NCBI GenBank assembly: GCA_963667845.2
Contig: CAXXVL010000002.1
Span: 704,001 to 768,000 of the forward strand
DNA from: Smithellaceae bacterium
GTDB taxonomy: Bacteria; Desulfobacterota; Syntrophia; Syntrophales; Smithellaceae
DNA: 64,000 bases
Direction of reading: 5' to 3'
The notes under the pieces are model-generated. The model worked only from the letters and a program-made list of their open reading frames with translations, was not told the origin of the DNA and made no database searches. Made by a program: the position numbers and the translations under genes. Of this stretch, positions 1-9,940 are shown piece by piece. The stretch's first letter is position 1, and every line of letters begins with the position of its first letter.

Positions 1-55
1 TATTGCGGATTTCGTACGTCAGTCCGCTGCCGCCACGTGAAATTTCAAACCGCAT
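1..55 (-). CDS. N-terminal fragment of a gene running off the window edge, probably a class I/II PLP-dependent aminotransferase
   Basis: AAGGAG RBS, then ATG at 55 reading MRFEISRGGSGLTYEIRN. The LTYEIRN segment recalls N-termini of deltaproteobacterial aminotransferases. Only 18 codons visible. Confidence 0.5.
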   Translation of the reverse strand, partial: MRFEISRGGSGLTYEIRN

Positions 56-325
56 AAGTTACTTAACTCCTTACGTATTTATATAGAGACCCATAATACA
101 TATTTTTTAATTTATCCAGGATTTTTTAATTTTCGTATTATTTGGAAATCCGGCAATCATTTTCTAAAGGACAAAAAGAATATTTCGTGATATTGAGGCG
201 CCCGAGACTGGAAAATAACTCCTTAATAAGGTAGGCCCTCCTGGCAGAGAAACCTTCCCCTTATTCCCTAAGGCTTGCTAACAAGAAGTCTCACCATTAC
301 ATTATAAAATAAAAGGATATTGACT

Positions 326-1501
326 ATGGAAGATACAAAGACTTTTGCCGAAATGTTTGAAGAATCTTATGCCACACCCAAACGCTTTGCTGTGGGAGAA
401 AAGGTGGACGCGCTGGTGGTTAAAATTTCCCCGGAGTGGATTTTTATAGATCTCGGCGCCAAAAGCGAAGGTTATATTGACAAAAAAGAATTCCTCGATG
501 ATGCAGGCAATCTTAATATTAAAGAGGGCGATACCGTCACGGCTTACTTCCTTTCATCACGCCATAGCGAAAGACTCTTTACCACCAAGCTGCTGGCTCG
601 CAAAAGTGTGGATGAATTCCTGGTCAATGCTTATCAAAATGCAATCCCTATTGAAGCAACTGTGGAGAAAGAGGTAAAAGGCGGCTTTTCCGTAAAAATC
701 AGTGCAAGCGCGAGCGGTTTTTGCCCTTTCTCACAAATGGACAGGAAAAGAATCGATAATGCAGCGGATTATGTCGGCAAGAAATTCGATTTCATCGTCA
801 TCGAATACGGGGAAAATGGACGCAAGATCGTTTTGTCGCGACGTCCCTTGCTCGAAAAAATCGAACAGGAGAAGAAGGCCGTCCTGAAAGAGTCGCTGCA
901 AAAGGGCATGACGGTGCAAGGCGTTGTCACTTCCGTACGCGATTTCGGCGCGTTTGTTGATATCGGGGGCGTGCAGGCGCTCTTACCGGTTTCGGAAATG
1001 GCCTGGGGCAGAGTCGAAGATACCAAGTCGCTGTATAAGCCGGGGGATACCATCGAGGCCATCATTATCAACCTGGACTGGGAAAACGATCGCGTGACCC
1101 TATCATTTAAGGATACGCTCCCCGATCCCTGGAATGATGTCGTGCGTAATTACGTTGAAGGCAGCATTCACAAGGGCAAAGTATCGCGACTGACAGATTT
1201 TGGTGCGTTTATCACACTGGAAGCCGGCGTAGACGGCCTTTTGCACATTTCCAAGCTCGGTCGTGGCAAGAAGATCAAACATACCCGCGATGTGCTTTCC
1301 GAGGGACGAGATATTGATGTGAAAATCGAAAAAATCGACCGGGATAATAAAAGAATCTCTCTCGCTCTGGCCGAAAGCAGCGAAGAGAAAGAGGCCTCGG
1401 AGGGAGAAAGCGGTGACTACAAGAGCTACATGCCCAAAGCACCTAAGACGATGGGCACATTCGGCGACCTGCTGAATAAATCGAAAAAGAAGAATAAATA
1501 G
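326..1501 (+). CDS. rpsA: 30S ribosomal protein S1-like protein with about 4 S1 domains (short paralog)
   Basis: Repeated S1 motifs (IDLGAKSEG, DFGAFVDIGG, DFGAFITLEAGVDGLLHIS); AAGGA RBS before ATG 326. Confidence 0.8.
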   Translation: MEDTKTFAEMFEESYATPKRFAVGEKVDALVVKISPEWIFIDLGAKSEGYIDKKEFLDDAGNLNIKEGDTVTAYFLSSRHSERLFTTKLLARKSVDEFLVNAYQNAIPIEATVEKEVKGGFSVKISASASGFCPFSQMDRKRIDNAADYVGKKFDFIVIEYGENGRKIVLSRRPLLEKIEQEKKAVLKESLQKGMTVQGVVTSVRDFGAFVDIGGVQALLPVSEMAWGRVEDTKSLYKPGDTIEAIIINLDWENDRVTLSFKDTLPDPWNDVVRNYVEGSIHKGKVSRLTDFGAFITLEAGVDGLLHISKLGRGKKIKHTRDVLSEGRDIDVKIEKIDRDNKRISLALAESSEEKEASEGESGDYKSYMPKAPKTMGTFGDLLNKSKKKNK

Positions 1502-1640
1502 GAATCAGGCGTCTGCCCTGAAGCGACACAATCATAAAGAAAAAGGTCGTGAACGGCTTACAACCGTTCCCGCTTTTGTTATTATATCCAAATTTATCTC
1601 AAAGCGCTTTCCTGCTGCCGTCAGCATAAACTGAACCGCT

Positions 1641-2175
1641 GTGACCCTGCACCCATTATCAGAACGCGGTTTTCGAGAGACGAACGCGCTTTCAACGATC
1701 GGTTTTCAAATATTATCAGGGCATCTGCCGGAATCGGTTCTCTTCTCGGATAACAAGCGGATGGAGATCAGTCTCGGTGATTTCGGGATTCACGGTAGCG
1801 ATATAGCCAACCGCCTGCAGAATTCGTATCAGAGAATCGAGACTCACCTTCATCATTCCCCGGTATCCGGCTAATCATTCACCCGTAGTTCACGCTATCC
1901 TTGAACCGGAATCACCGCGGACTGCGCCCAGGCAGGTTGCTAAAATGCTGATGACCTGGGTGCAGACGCGAAACGAATTGCGACCAAAGGCATTGGTAAA
2001 TATCGTCCTACCGTACGGAACGTCAACGAAGCACAACGGTTGAAAAACCATCGAGTAGAAATGCAATTGACAGATATTCAATGATGATCAGCGATACCGG
2101 ATCATTCCGGCTCTGGAAACGAGGCGGACCTGCTGCCTTTCTTTATTATGATGACCATCGCGAAACTTCCATCAT
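1641..2175 (+). pseudogene. Possible decayed gene remnant
   Basis: Protein-like segments in shifting frames. HSPV is encoded twice (1854-1865, 1876-1887) at the frame switch. No family recognised. Confidence 0.2.
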
Positions 2176-2250
2176 GAAAAGAGATTCTCATGCCTTGAAC
2201 TGATGCCGGGACGATATGGTGAAAGATTTATTGAAAGGCTGCTCCCTGGG

Positions 2251-3417
2251 TTAGAACCCAACAATAGAGAGTCCGATCGTGCCGACAAGTGCGTGGGCAA
2301 TCCAAACGCCGAGCAAGTTATGCGTCCGGGAGTAAAGCCACCCGAAATAAACGCCGGGGATAAAGACCAGCAGAGCAATCTCGAGCGACATAAATAGATG
2401 CATCGTACTGAAGAGGAGATTGGAAACGAGGATGGCGAGGGGAACTTTATATTTTGATGAAAGGAATTCCTCCAAAGGGCCCTGTAACCCTCCCCGGGAA
2501 AGAAACTCCTGGAGCGGAGCCACAATCAGAATATAGATGAACAGAAACGTCCACCACGTTTTCGGATCGGCATTCATAGAGGCAATTCCCTCGATAAGCG
2601 GCTTGCCCATGTAACCGGACACATAATTAATGAGCACCCATTTCAAGGCCAAAATGACGATGCCAAACGGAATCGTAAAAACGATACCTTCTACAATAGC
2701 CTTTTTCCAGTTGACCAAGGTCAAACCAAATGTCGAAAGAGGGAAACTGGATGTTTTCATAAAAATGATAAAGAAAATGAAAAAGGCGAGAGTCAGCGGC
2801 AGCGTGATGTAGCTGCTGTTCTTGCCGACGTTCATCACATACTTCAGACCATCCAGACTGAAGGTAAACAACGACAGCATGATGACGATATAAACAAAGA
2901 AGTTACCCAGAGTAACGCGGGTTTTAAATTCGTCCAATTGTCTTTCCAGAGCCTGCAGGGCCACATCATTGGAATGGCGAAGCCGCTGGCCGATGTTCTT
3001 AGTGAGATGATAAAAAATGCTGTAGATCGCTTTGTCTTGATTGGCAATTTCCTGCAGATCGCTAAAGGATATACTGCGCAAGCGGCACGGTAATTTCGCA
3101 CAGGCGGAAGCCGACCGGAGCCCGCTGTCCAGCAGCGACACTTCGCCTACCGTATCGCCGGCTTTCAGTGTTGCGATCACGTGATTTTGTTTGTGTTTGG
3201 CGTCGTAGCGGCTGATTTCGAGAGTGCCGTCAATGATCAGGAATATCTCACGGGCTTCGTCCCCTTCATGCATCAGGTAACAGTCTTTATCCAGTGTAAT
3301 TTCCTTACTGATGGAAAAGAGCGTTCTGATCTGCTCCTCGCTCAGGCCTTCAAAGAGAGAATTTTTTTGGGATCGTTTGTAAACGTTATCGGAGGTAATC
3401 GGATCATCCACGGCCAT
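2251..3417 (-). CDS. Cyclic-nucleotide-binding domain fused to a CPBP (Abi/CAAX) family intramembrane glutamic endopeptidase domain
   Basis: N-terminal cNMP domain (EGD..IFLIIDG; GEVSLLDSGLRSASA), then many TM segments with QEFLSRG, FSTMH and HALVG motifs. Confidence 0.85.
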   Translation of the reverse strand: MAVDDPITSDNVYKRSQKNSLFEGLSEEQIRTLFSISKEITLDKDCYLMHEGDEAREIFLIIDGTLEISRYDAKHKQNHVIATLKAGDTVGEVSLLDSGLRSASACAKLPCRLRSISFSDLQEIANQDKAIYSIFYHLTKNIGQRLRHSNDVALQALERQLDEFKTRVTLGNFFVYIVIMLSLFTFSLDGLKYVMNVGKNSSYITLPLTLAFFIFFIIFMKTSSFPLSTFGLTLVNWKKAIVEGIVFTIPFGIVILALKWVLINYVSGYMGKPLIEGIASMNADPKTWWTFLFIYILIVAPLQEFLSRGGLQGPLEEFLSSKYKVPLAILVSNLLFSTMHLFMSLEIALLVFIPGVYFGWLYSRTHNLLGVWIAHALVGTIGLSIVGF

Positions 3418-3693
3418 ATCTTAACCTGTCCCGGTTTGTTTTCCAGCCAGCTCCAATTATTGGACTGCGAGTATATGAAGATGTTATGTGCCTGTCAAGA
3501 CCTTCATTGCGGCATTCTCCTGAGTCGGAAAGTATAAACTTCTTATTGAATATGTCTCGGGACCATGATTTACTTGCCCGCGGGCTTGAGTTCGGGACTG
3601 CGGATGCTTATTATAAGTCGCATAGCGCTTCCGGATCATGAGGCGAAGAAGTCGCCCGGAAAACAAAAACAATGCTGGTGGTGAATAGACAAT

Positions 3694-4326
3694 ATGGGTT
3701 TAATTCGACTGTTAATGAGCGACCCGGTCGCCTTCGTTATGCTGTCTGTGTTACTTTTGTATTCAGTGATTTTACACGAACTGGCCCACGGCTGGGTGGC
3801 CTACCGGATGGGCGATGCCACGGCCAAGTGGCTCGGCAGGCTGACACTCAATCCGCTTAAACACCTCGATCCCATCGGCTCACTGATGTTGCTCATTATC
3901 GGATTCGGCTGGGCCAAACCCGTCCCGATCAATTTGGAGAATATCCCGGCACCGCAAAGACGAAAGGGCCTCATCCTGGTATCCGCCGCCGGTATCACGG
4001 CAAACATCCTGATTGCTTTTTTTGCACTGCTTGCCTGGCGACTCCTTTCTCCGGAGCCCGGCGGTATGATCTACCAGGTACTGTATCTGCTGTCCTACAT
4101 CAACATCATGCTGGCCGCATTTAACTTGATCCCGATTCCTCCCCTGGACGGTTCGAAAATCCTGATGGGGTTTACGCCGGAATCGATTAACCGCATCCTT
4201 TATCAAATTGAACCGTTCGGCTTCTTTATTGTGTTGGGTCTCTTGCTTCTGGGCGCACTGGACCCGGTGATTCATTTATTTCAGTATGGCATTATCACAT
4301 TTATATCCTTATTTTTGCCTTCATAA
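3694..4326 (+). CDS. Site-2 protease family (M50) membrane metalloprotease
   Basis: HELAH zinc motif; NLIPIPPLDG motif. Confidence 0.93.
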   Translation: MGLIRLLMSDPVAFVMLSVLLLYSVILHELAHGWVAYRMGDATAKWLGRLTLNPLKHLDPIGSLMLLIIGFGWAKPVPINLENIPAPQRRKGLILVSAAGITANILIAFFALLAWRLLSPEPGGMIYQVLYLLSYINIMLAAFNLIPIPPLDGSKILMGFTPESINRILYQIEPFGFFIVLGLLLLGALDPVIHLFQYGIITFISLFLPS

Positions 4327-4354
4327 AATAAACGAAACAAAGGAGGAAAACATC

Positions 4355-4933
4355 ATGGTAGTTTTTTCAGAGCTTCTCCAGAAAAGGCGGGCAATCCGGG
4401 ACTACGAAGAAAAAGAGGTACCTCTGAAAGTGATTGAGGAAATCCTTCAGGAATCGACGCTTGCGCCGTCCGCCAGCAACAATCAGCCCTGCCGTTTTGT
4501 TGTGGTGCAATGCCGTAAGACGATTAAGAACCTGTCCGATGACAGTAAGGCTAATCTCCTGCGGGATAATGCTGAAAATAAAATCAAGCTTAATTCCGAC
4601 TATGTTGCGTTTCTTCAAAACGCGAATTTCAACGTCTTTTACAATGCGCCTTGCATCATTTATATCGTCGGGCCAAAATCGGTGGGTTCGCTCGATGTGG
4701 ATGCGGCACTTGCGGCAAGTTACATCATGTTCAGCGCAGCGGCCCGCGGTTTGGGCACCTGCTGGGTTGCCCTGGGCGCCAACATTCGCGATCCGCAGCT
4801 CAGAGGAGAGCTGGGCATTTCCGACAATCACCGAATAGTGGCGCCGCTTATCATCGGCTACCCCAAAACGATCCCGGCGCCATCCGAGCGCCACGCGCCG
4901 GAAATTCTGCGTGTGATCACCGAAGCGCGTTAA
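4355..4933 (+). CDS. Nitroreductase family protein
   Basis: RRAIRDY, APSASNNQP, AAARGLGTCW motifs; AGGAGG RBS before ATG 4355. Confidence 0.92.
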   Translation: MVVFSELLQKRRAIRDYEEKEVPLKVIEEILQESTLAPSASNNQPCRFVVVQCRKTIKNLSDDSKANLLRDNAENKIKLNSDYVAFLQNANFNVFYNAPCIIYIVGPKSVGSLDVDAALAASYIMFSAAARGLGTCWVALGANIRDPQLRGELGISDNHRIVAPLIIGYPKTIPAPSERHAPEILRVITEAR

Positions 4934-4940
4934 CGCTGGA

Positions 4941-6638
4941 TTAAATATCGTAAGCGAGGTTTTTTAATCCGGCGGCGGTTTTTTTCATCCAATGGATGCG
5001 GATAATCCGGCGGCCTTTGTCCGTAAGCGCCCACAGATCACCCTCCGCCTGCGCCGCTTTGAGTTCGCCGAAGGTCAGCGATGATTCAGGCATTCCGAGG
5101 ACATCGGGAATGTCCAGATCTGATGTGATGTCCTCGGTCAGTTGAATAAATAATCCACGGCCCGCATCGCCTTTGTGCATCTGGCCGGTCGAATGCAAAT
5201 AGCGGGGACCATAACCCACTGTTACAGCCATGCCATATTTTGCGGTAATTGCTGTCCGCAATTCGTTCAGAGCCTCATCGATTTGGGGCGTTGGACTCAA
5301 ATAGACTTGCAGTCCAACATAGGCATTGGCCGTCGCTGACATTAGAAAATTCTTTAATGCATCGGAAATGGTGGTCCCGGATGTGGCGCCGTAAAGAGCG
5401 GCGCCGTTGTCGGTCAGCGATGCGAGTCCTTTTGGCCACGTGTTGCTCTTTTTATATTCCTTAATCGCATGATTTGTATGAACTTTGGTTGCTTCGACAT
5501 CGGGTTGATCAAACGGATTAATTCCCAGGAGATGAGCGGCAACGGCTGTCGCCATTTCCCATAGAAACATTTGCCCCCCCAGATCATACGCATCGCCAAC
5601 CCGTATTTTCAGGATGGGATGTCCGGCCGTAGCCAGCTCCGTTATTCGTGAACTCCATTCGTCATCGGTCTCATGAAAAAAAACAAATACGCGGTCGTTG
5701 CGGTAAACGCCGACGTCCATCGGCGGCTCGTCCAGTACCGGCAGAATCCCTTTGCCTTCTTTACCGGTGCTCTCGGCAATCAACTGTTCCAGCCAATCAC
5801 CAAATGGCTTCCATGACGGCGGAAGGATCAGGGTAAGCTTGTCGCGGTTATATTGTGCCAGAGTCCCCAGAGCAGCGCCTAAAAGACAGCCGGTCGAGTC
5901 GCCTTTACCGGAAAAAAAATCCGCCTTTTCCTGCCCCGCGACCGCGGCTGCGTTTTGCAGAAGCCTTTCAATTTGAACGCCGATCAATGCGGCCGGGATC
6001 ATTCCGACCAGAGATAACGCCGAATAGCGGCCGCCGATATTAGGATTGTTGGAAAATACGTATGGAAGCTGCAACTGCCAGGCCTGCTCAAGCATCGGGC
6101 TGCCTTCGTCCGTAATGATCATAAAATGCTCGTTGGCCGAGACACCCGGCTGTTTTGCGGCCAGATTATAAAAATAATTAAAAAGTGAGGTAATTTCCAG
6201 AGTCCTCCCGGACTTGGAGGAAACAATAAAAAGTGTTTTGTCTATGTTCAGTTTTTTTGCAACGACGGCGATGGCCAGGGGATCCGTTGTATCGAGGATC
6301 TGCAGTCTTGGAAATCCGGGCGCGCTTCCAATCATTTTATTAAACACTTCGGCGGACAGGCTGGAACCTCCCATTCCCAGAAGAACGACATCATCGATAC
6401 TGCCATTCGTGAATGGTTCGAGGGATGTGCGGATACGGTTGGCATTTGCAGATGTTTCGACCGGAGCGTGCATCCAGCCGAGACGATTGGAGATTTCCTG
6501 TGGCGTCGGTTTCCAAACGCGGAAATCGTTGGCCCAGATGCGCGCGGCAATATTGCTGCGCCGCATTTTTTCGAGCGCATTGGTCACTCCGTTTTGATAA
6601 GCGCCAAGTAGGAAAGAAATACCGGCCGTCTTCATCAC
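4941..6638 (-). CDS. pgi: Glucose-6-phosphate isomerase (type resembling the PGI half of Tal-Pgi fusions)
   Basis: GMGGSSL, SSKSG, IGGRYSAL, QLIAESTGKEGKG, NPFDQPDVE motifs. Confidence 0.88.
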   Translation of the reverse strand: MMKTAGISFLLGAYQNGVTNALEKMRRSNIAARIWANDFRVWKPTPQEISNRLGWMHAPVETSANANRIRTSLEPFTNGSIDDVVLLGMGGSSLSAEVFNKMIGSAPGFPRLQILDTTDPLAIAVVAKKLNIDKTLFIVSSKSGRTLEITSLFNYFYNLAAKQPGVSANEHFMIITDEGSPMLEQAWQLQLPYVFSNNPNIGGRYSALSLVGMIPAALIGVQIERLLQNAAAVAGQEKADFFSGKGDSTGCLLGAALGTLAQYNRDKLTLILPPSWKPFGDWLEQLIAESTGKEGKGILPVLDEPPMDVGVYRNDRVFVFFHETDDEWSSRITELATAGHPILKIRVGDAYDLGGQMFLWEMATAVAAHLLGINPFDQPDVEATKVHTNHAIKEYKKSNTWPKGLASLTDNGAALYGATSGTTISDALKNFLMSATANAYVGLQVYLSPTPQIDEALNELRTAITAKYGMAVTVGYGPRYLHSTGQMHKGDAGRGLFIQLTEDITSDLDIPDVLGMPESSLTFGELKAAQAEGDLWALTDKGRRIIRIHWMKKTAAGLKNLAYDI

Positions 6639-6650
6639 AGATCTCCTTCG

Positions 6651-8708
6651 TTATCGAACCGACAGCAATTCCCTGGCCGCCGCAACGATGCTGGCGGCCG
6701 TGAAGCCGAATTTTTCATAAAGTACCGGCCCCGGAGCCGATGCACCGAAGGTTTCCATGCCGATGATCTTTCCCGCCAATCCGACATAATGTTCCCAGCC
6801 CAGTTTGATACCGGCTTCCACGGCAAGGCGAGCAGACACTTCCGGCGGCAGTACGGACTCCCGATACTCCCCGGGTTGACTGTCGAATATTTCCCAGCTG
6901 GGAAGCGAGACCAGACGAACCTTCGTGCCGTCTTCGGCCAGCTTTCGAGCCGCCGACAGCGTCATGGCAACTTCCGAGCCTGTCGAAATCAGAATCAGCT
7001 CCGGATCAGGTGAAGACTCCCACAGAACATAACCGCCGCGCTTGACGCCTGCGGCCGAAGCACAGACCGTGCGATCCAGTACCGGAAGGTTCTGGCGGCT
7101 GAAGACCAGCGTCGTCGGACCCTTCGTGTTCGTGAGCGCCAGACGCCACGCTTCAAGTGTTTCATTGGCGTCCGCCGGACGCAGCACGGTCATGTTGGGA
7201 ACCTGTCGCAAATTCATGATTTGTTCGACGGGTTGATGCGTCGGACCGTCTTCACCCACCCCGATACTGTCATGTGTGAAAACAAAGATCGTGCGCAGGC
7301 CCATCAACGCAGCGAGACGCATCGGCGGGCGCATATAATCAGCGAATGTTAAAAAGGTTGCCGTATACGGAATAACGCCTCCATGCAGCGCCAGCCCCAC
7401 GGCGATGGCTCCCATCGCATGCTCTCGAACCCCGAAGTGGATGTTCCTTCCCGTATAATCCCAGGCTCCTCCAACCATCCCATGCAGACCTTCTTTAGAC
7501 AAAGCCGGGGATTGGAAATCGCCCAAGTCTTTGAGCCAGGTAAACGTTGACGGATTAAGATCAGCCGACCCTCCGGCCAGTTCCGGGACTTTGGCGGCAA
7601 GAGCCTGCATGACAATTTCTGACGCTTTGCGTGTCGCTACATCTTTGGAACCAGCGGGAAATTCAGTTAGAGCCGCATCCCAGTCGGACGGCAGTTCGCC
7701 GCGGAGTGTTCTTTCCAGCAAAGCAGCCTGTACCGCATCCTTTTGACGATAAACCGCCAGTGTCTCGGTCCACTTTTTTTCATCCTTCTTGCCGCGCGAA
7801 ACGGCCTTGCGGAAATATTTCCCGACTTCAACCGGCACATGGAACGTCTCATTACTATCCCAGCACAGCGCTTCTTTTGCACCTTGGAGTTCCTTTTCAC
7901 CAAGCGGGGATCCGTGCGCATCACTGCATCCCTGCTTTCCAGGCGCGCCATAACCGATCGTCGTTTGCACACAGATCAATGAGGGCTTGCCGGTTTCCTT
8001 CCTGGCTTTTCTCACGGCGCGATCAATAGCCTTTACGTCATTGCCGTTTTTAACTTTTTGCACATGCCAGCCATAGGACTTGAAACGCATTTCAATATTT
8101 TCGCTGAAGGACAACCCCGTGGAACCGGCCAGGGTTACTTTGTTGTCGTCATAAAGGACGATGAGTTTCCCCAGACGCAAATGGCCGGCCAGGGCGCAGG
8201 CTTCGGCAACGACGCCTTCCATCATGTCGCCGTCTCCGGCCATAACATATGTATAATGGTCAATGATCGGCTGTCCGTCGCGGTTGAATCTTGCTGCCAG
8301 CTGCGCTTCGGCGATGGCCATGCCGACAGCATTGGCCAGTCCCTGTCCCAGAGGGCCGGTGGTTACTTCCACGCCCGCCGTGTGTTTATATTCGGGATGC
8401 CCGGGAGTGCGGCTTCCCCACTGGCGGAAATTTTTAATATCGTCCAGTGAAAGATCATACCCCGTTAAATGCAGGAGCGCATATAGAAGCATCGAAGCAT
8501 GTCCGGAAGACAGAACAAAGCGGTCGCGATTCGGCCATTGGGGATTTTTAGGGTTATGCTTCAGGTGTTTTGCCCAGAGTGTAAAGGCCGCTGCCGCTGC
8601 ACCCAGAGGCATGCCCGGATGGCCCGATTTGGCTTTTTCTATGGCATCCGCCGCTAAGAACCGTATGGTATCAATGCATTTATTTTCAAGTTCACTTTTG
8701 TCAGGCAT
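6651..8708 (-). CDS. tkt: Transketolase
   Basis: [16 protein letters not shown] motif, [24 protein letters not shown]. Confidence 0.98.
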   Translation of the reverse strand: MPDKSELENKCIDTIRFLAADAIEKAKSGHPGMPLGAAAAAFTLWAKHLKHNPKNPQWPNRDRFVLSSGHASMLLYALLHLTGYDLSLDDIKNFRQWGSRTPGHPEYKHTAGVEVTTGPLGQGLANAVGMAIAEAQLAARFNRDGQPIIDHYTYVMAGDGDMMEGVVAEACALAGHLRLGKLIVLYDDNKVTLAGSTGLSFSENIEMRFKSYGWHVQKVKNGNDVKAIDRAVRKARKETGKPSLICVQTTIGYGAPGKQGCSDAHGSPLGEKELQGAKEALCWDSNETFHVPVEVGKYFRKAVSRGKKDEKKWTETLAVYRQKDAVQAALLERTLRGELPSDWDAALTEFPAGSKDVATRKASEIVMQALAAKVPELAGGSADLNPSTFTWLKDLGDFQSPALSKEGLHGMVGGAWDYTGRNIHFGVREHAMGAIAVGLALHGGVIPYTATFLTFADYMRPPMRLAALMGLRTIFVFTHDSIGVGEDGPTHQPVEQIMNLRQVPNMTVLRPADANETLEAWRLALTNTKGPTTLVFSRQNLPVLDRTVCASAAGVKRGGYVLWESSPDPELILISTGSEVAMTLSAARKLAEDGTKVRLVSLPSWEIFDSQPGEYRESVLPPEVSARLAVEAGIKLGWEHYVGLAGKIIGMETFGASAPGPVLYEKFGFTAASIVAAARELLSVR

Positions 8709-8775
8709 ATCGTCTCCTTATGGAATTGAAGATATTTTATTTAAAACAAAGATTAAATTATTGCACGAAAAAAAA

Positions 8776-9099
8776 TTACGGCTTGCCTGCCAGCGTATCC
8801 GTCAACCAGGCCAAATATTCCGAGCCGCCGTTAATAATCGGAACAGCGATGATCTCAGGCACTTCATAAGAGTGCAGTGTTTTAATAACCTCCGCGACTC
8901 TGTTGAAGAGGTCTTCACGGGTTTTAATCAGGCAAAGATATTCCCGCGAGCGTTCTATCTTACCCTTCCAAGAGTAAATGCTCTCGATGCCCTCCGCGAT
9001 CTGAACGCAGGCAGCCAACTTATCTTCCACAAGACGGCGGGCGATGGCCTCGGCCTCTTCCTTCGTTTCAGTCGTCGTTATGATTTGAATAAACGCCAT
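8776..9099 (-). CDS. cutA: Divalent-cation tolerance protein CutA
   Basis: LAACVQI, SIYSWKGKIE, HSYEVPEII motifs. Confidence 0.95.
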   Translation of the reverse strand: MAFIQIITTTETKEEAEAIARRLVEDKLAACVQIAEGIESIYSWKGKIERSREYLCLIKTREDLFNRVAEVIKTLHSYEVPEIIAVPIINGGSEYLAWLTDTLAGKP

Positions 9100-9157
9100 A
9101 TTGTCTTCACCCCTGAACCCATGACATGCTGACCCTCAAGACTCAAATCTTAAAAAC

Positions 9158-9940
9158 TTAAACCTTTTTATTCATCTCATACATCATGATCGCCGCCGCC
9201 TGCGGGAGGCTCAATGAATCCGACAGCTTGTTTCCGGAAATGCGCCAGCGCTCGCTTGCTTGCTCAAGCAAATCTGCCGGCAGGCCGTGACTTTCACTGC
9301 CCATCAGTAAAGCACCTCTTTGGGTCAGTGGATGAGGTGCAATGCCTTGATGAACGTCGCTGCCGATCAAAACGTAATCTTTACTGATTTCGGACAGTGC
9401 AGCTGCGACATCCACATCCGAAAGGATCCTCAAATGAAAAAGAGCGCCCATGGATGCCCGGACGACCTTGGGGTGCGTCCAATCCACTGAACTGCATCCC
9501 AACAAGATATTCTCAAATCCGAACCAGTAGGCGCTGCGCATCAATGCGCCCAGATTCTGAGGATTGGAAATTTGATATCCGATGAGGACGTGTCCCGTAG
9601 CGGATTTAAGCCATTCAGAAAAAGACGGTTGCTCCTTGTTCCTGACAATTGCAATCAACCCTTCCGGTTCTTTATCCTGGCTCAGTTTCTTCCACTCCGA
9701 GCGAGTCAGCTGATAAACCGGATGATGACCTTTCACGGGTTCGATCAGTTCTTCCCAATACCGAATTTTTTCGGGCAAAACGAGGATTGCTTCTATCTGC
9801 CAGTCACTTTTCAAAAGCTCCTCGACGACTTTTATCCCCTCGGCCAGAAATAAACCGTCATCGCGGCGGGATTTAACCTCGCCAAGCCGTGTCCACCTCT
9901 TTAACTGATTTTGCGAGGCACTGAGCAAATCATTTTTCAT
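9158..9940 (-). CDS. TrmH/SpoU family RNA 2'-O-methyltransferase
   Basis: NPQNLGALMRSA, VRASMGA, MGSESHGL, SLSL SPOUT motifs. Confidence 0.92.
   Translation of the reverse strand: MKNDLLSASQNQLKRWTRLGEVKSRRDDGLFLAEGIKVVEELLKSDWQIEAILVLPEKIRYWEELIEPVKGHHPVYQLTRSEWKKLSQDKEPEGLIAIVRNKEQPSFSEWLKSATGHVLIGYQISNPQNLGALMRSAYWFGFENILLGCSSVDWTHPKVVRASMGALFHLRILSDVDVAAALSEISKDYVLIGSDVHQGIAPHPLTQRGALLMGSESHGLPADLLEQASERWRISGNKLSDSLSLPQAAAIMMYEMNKKV

Noticed and set aside
2251..4326. Pycsar or CBASS defence system
   Set aside because: No nucleotide cyclase or CD-NTase gene next to the cNMP-TM protein.
8263..9132. 289-aa plus-strand ORF
   Set aside because: Antisense to tkt and cutA, with no recognisable motifs.
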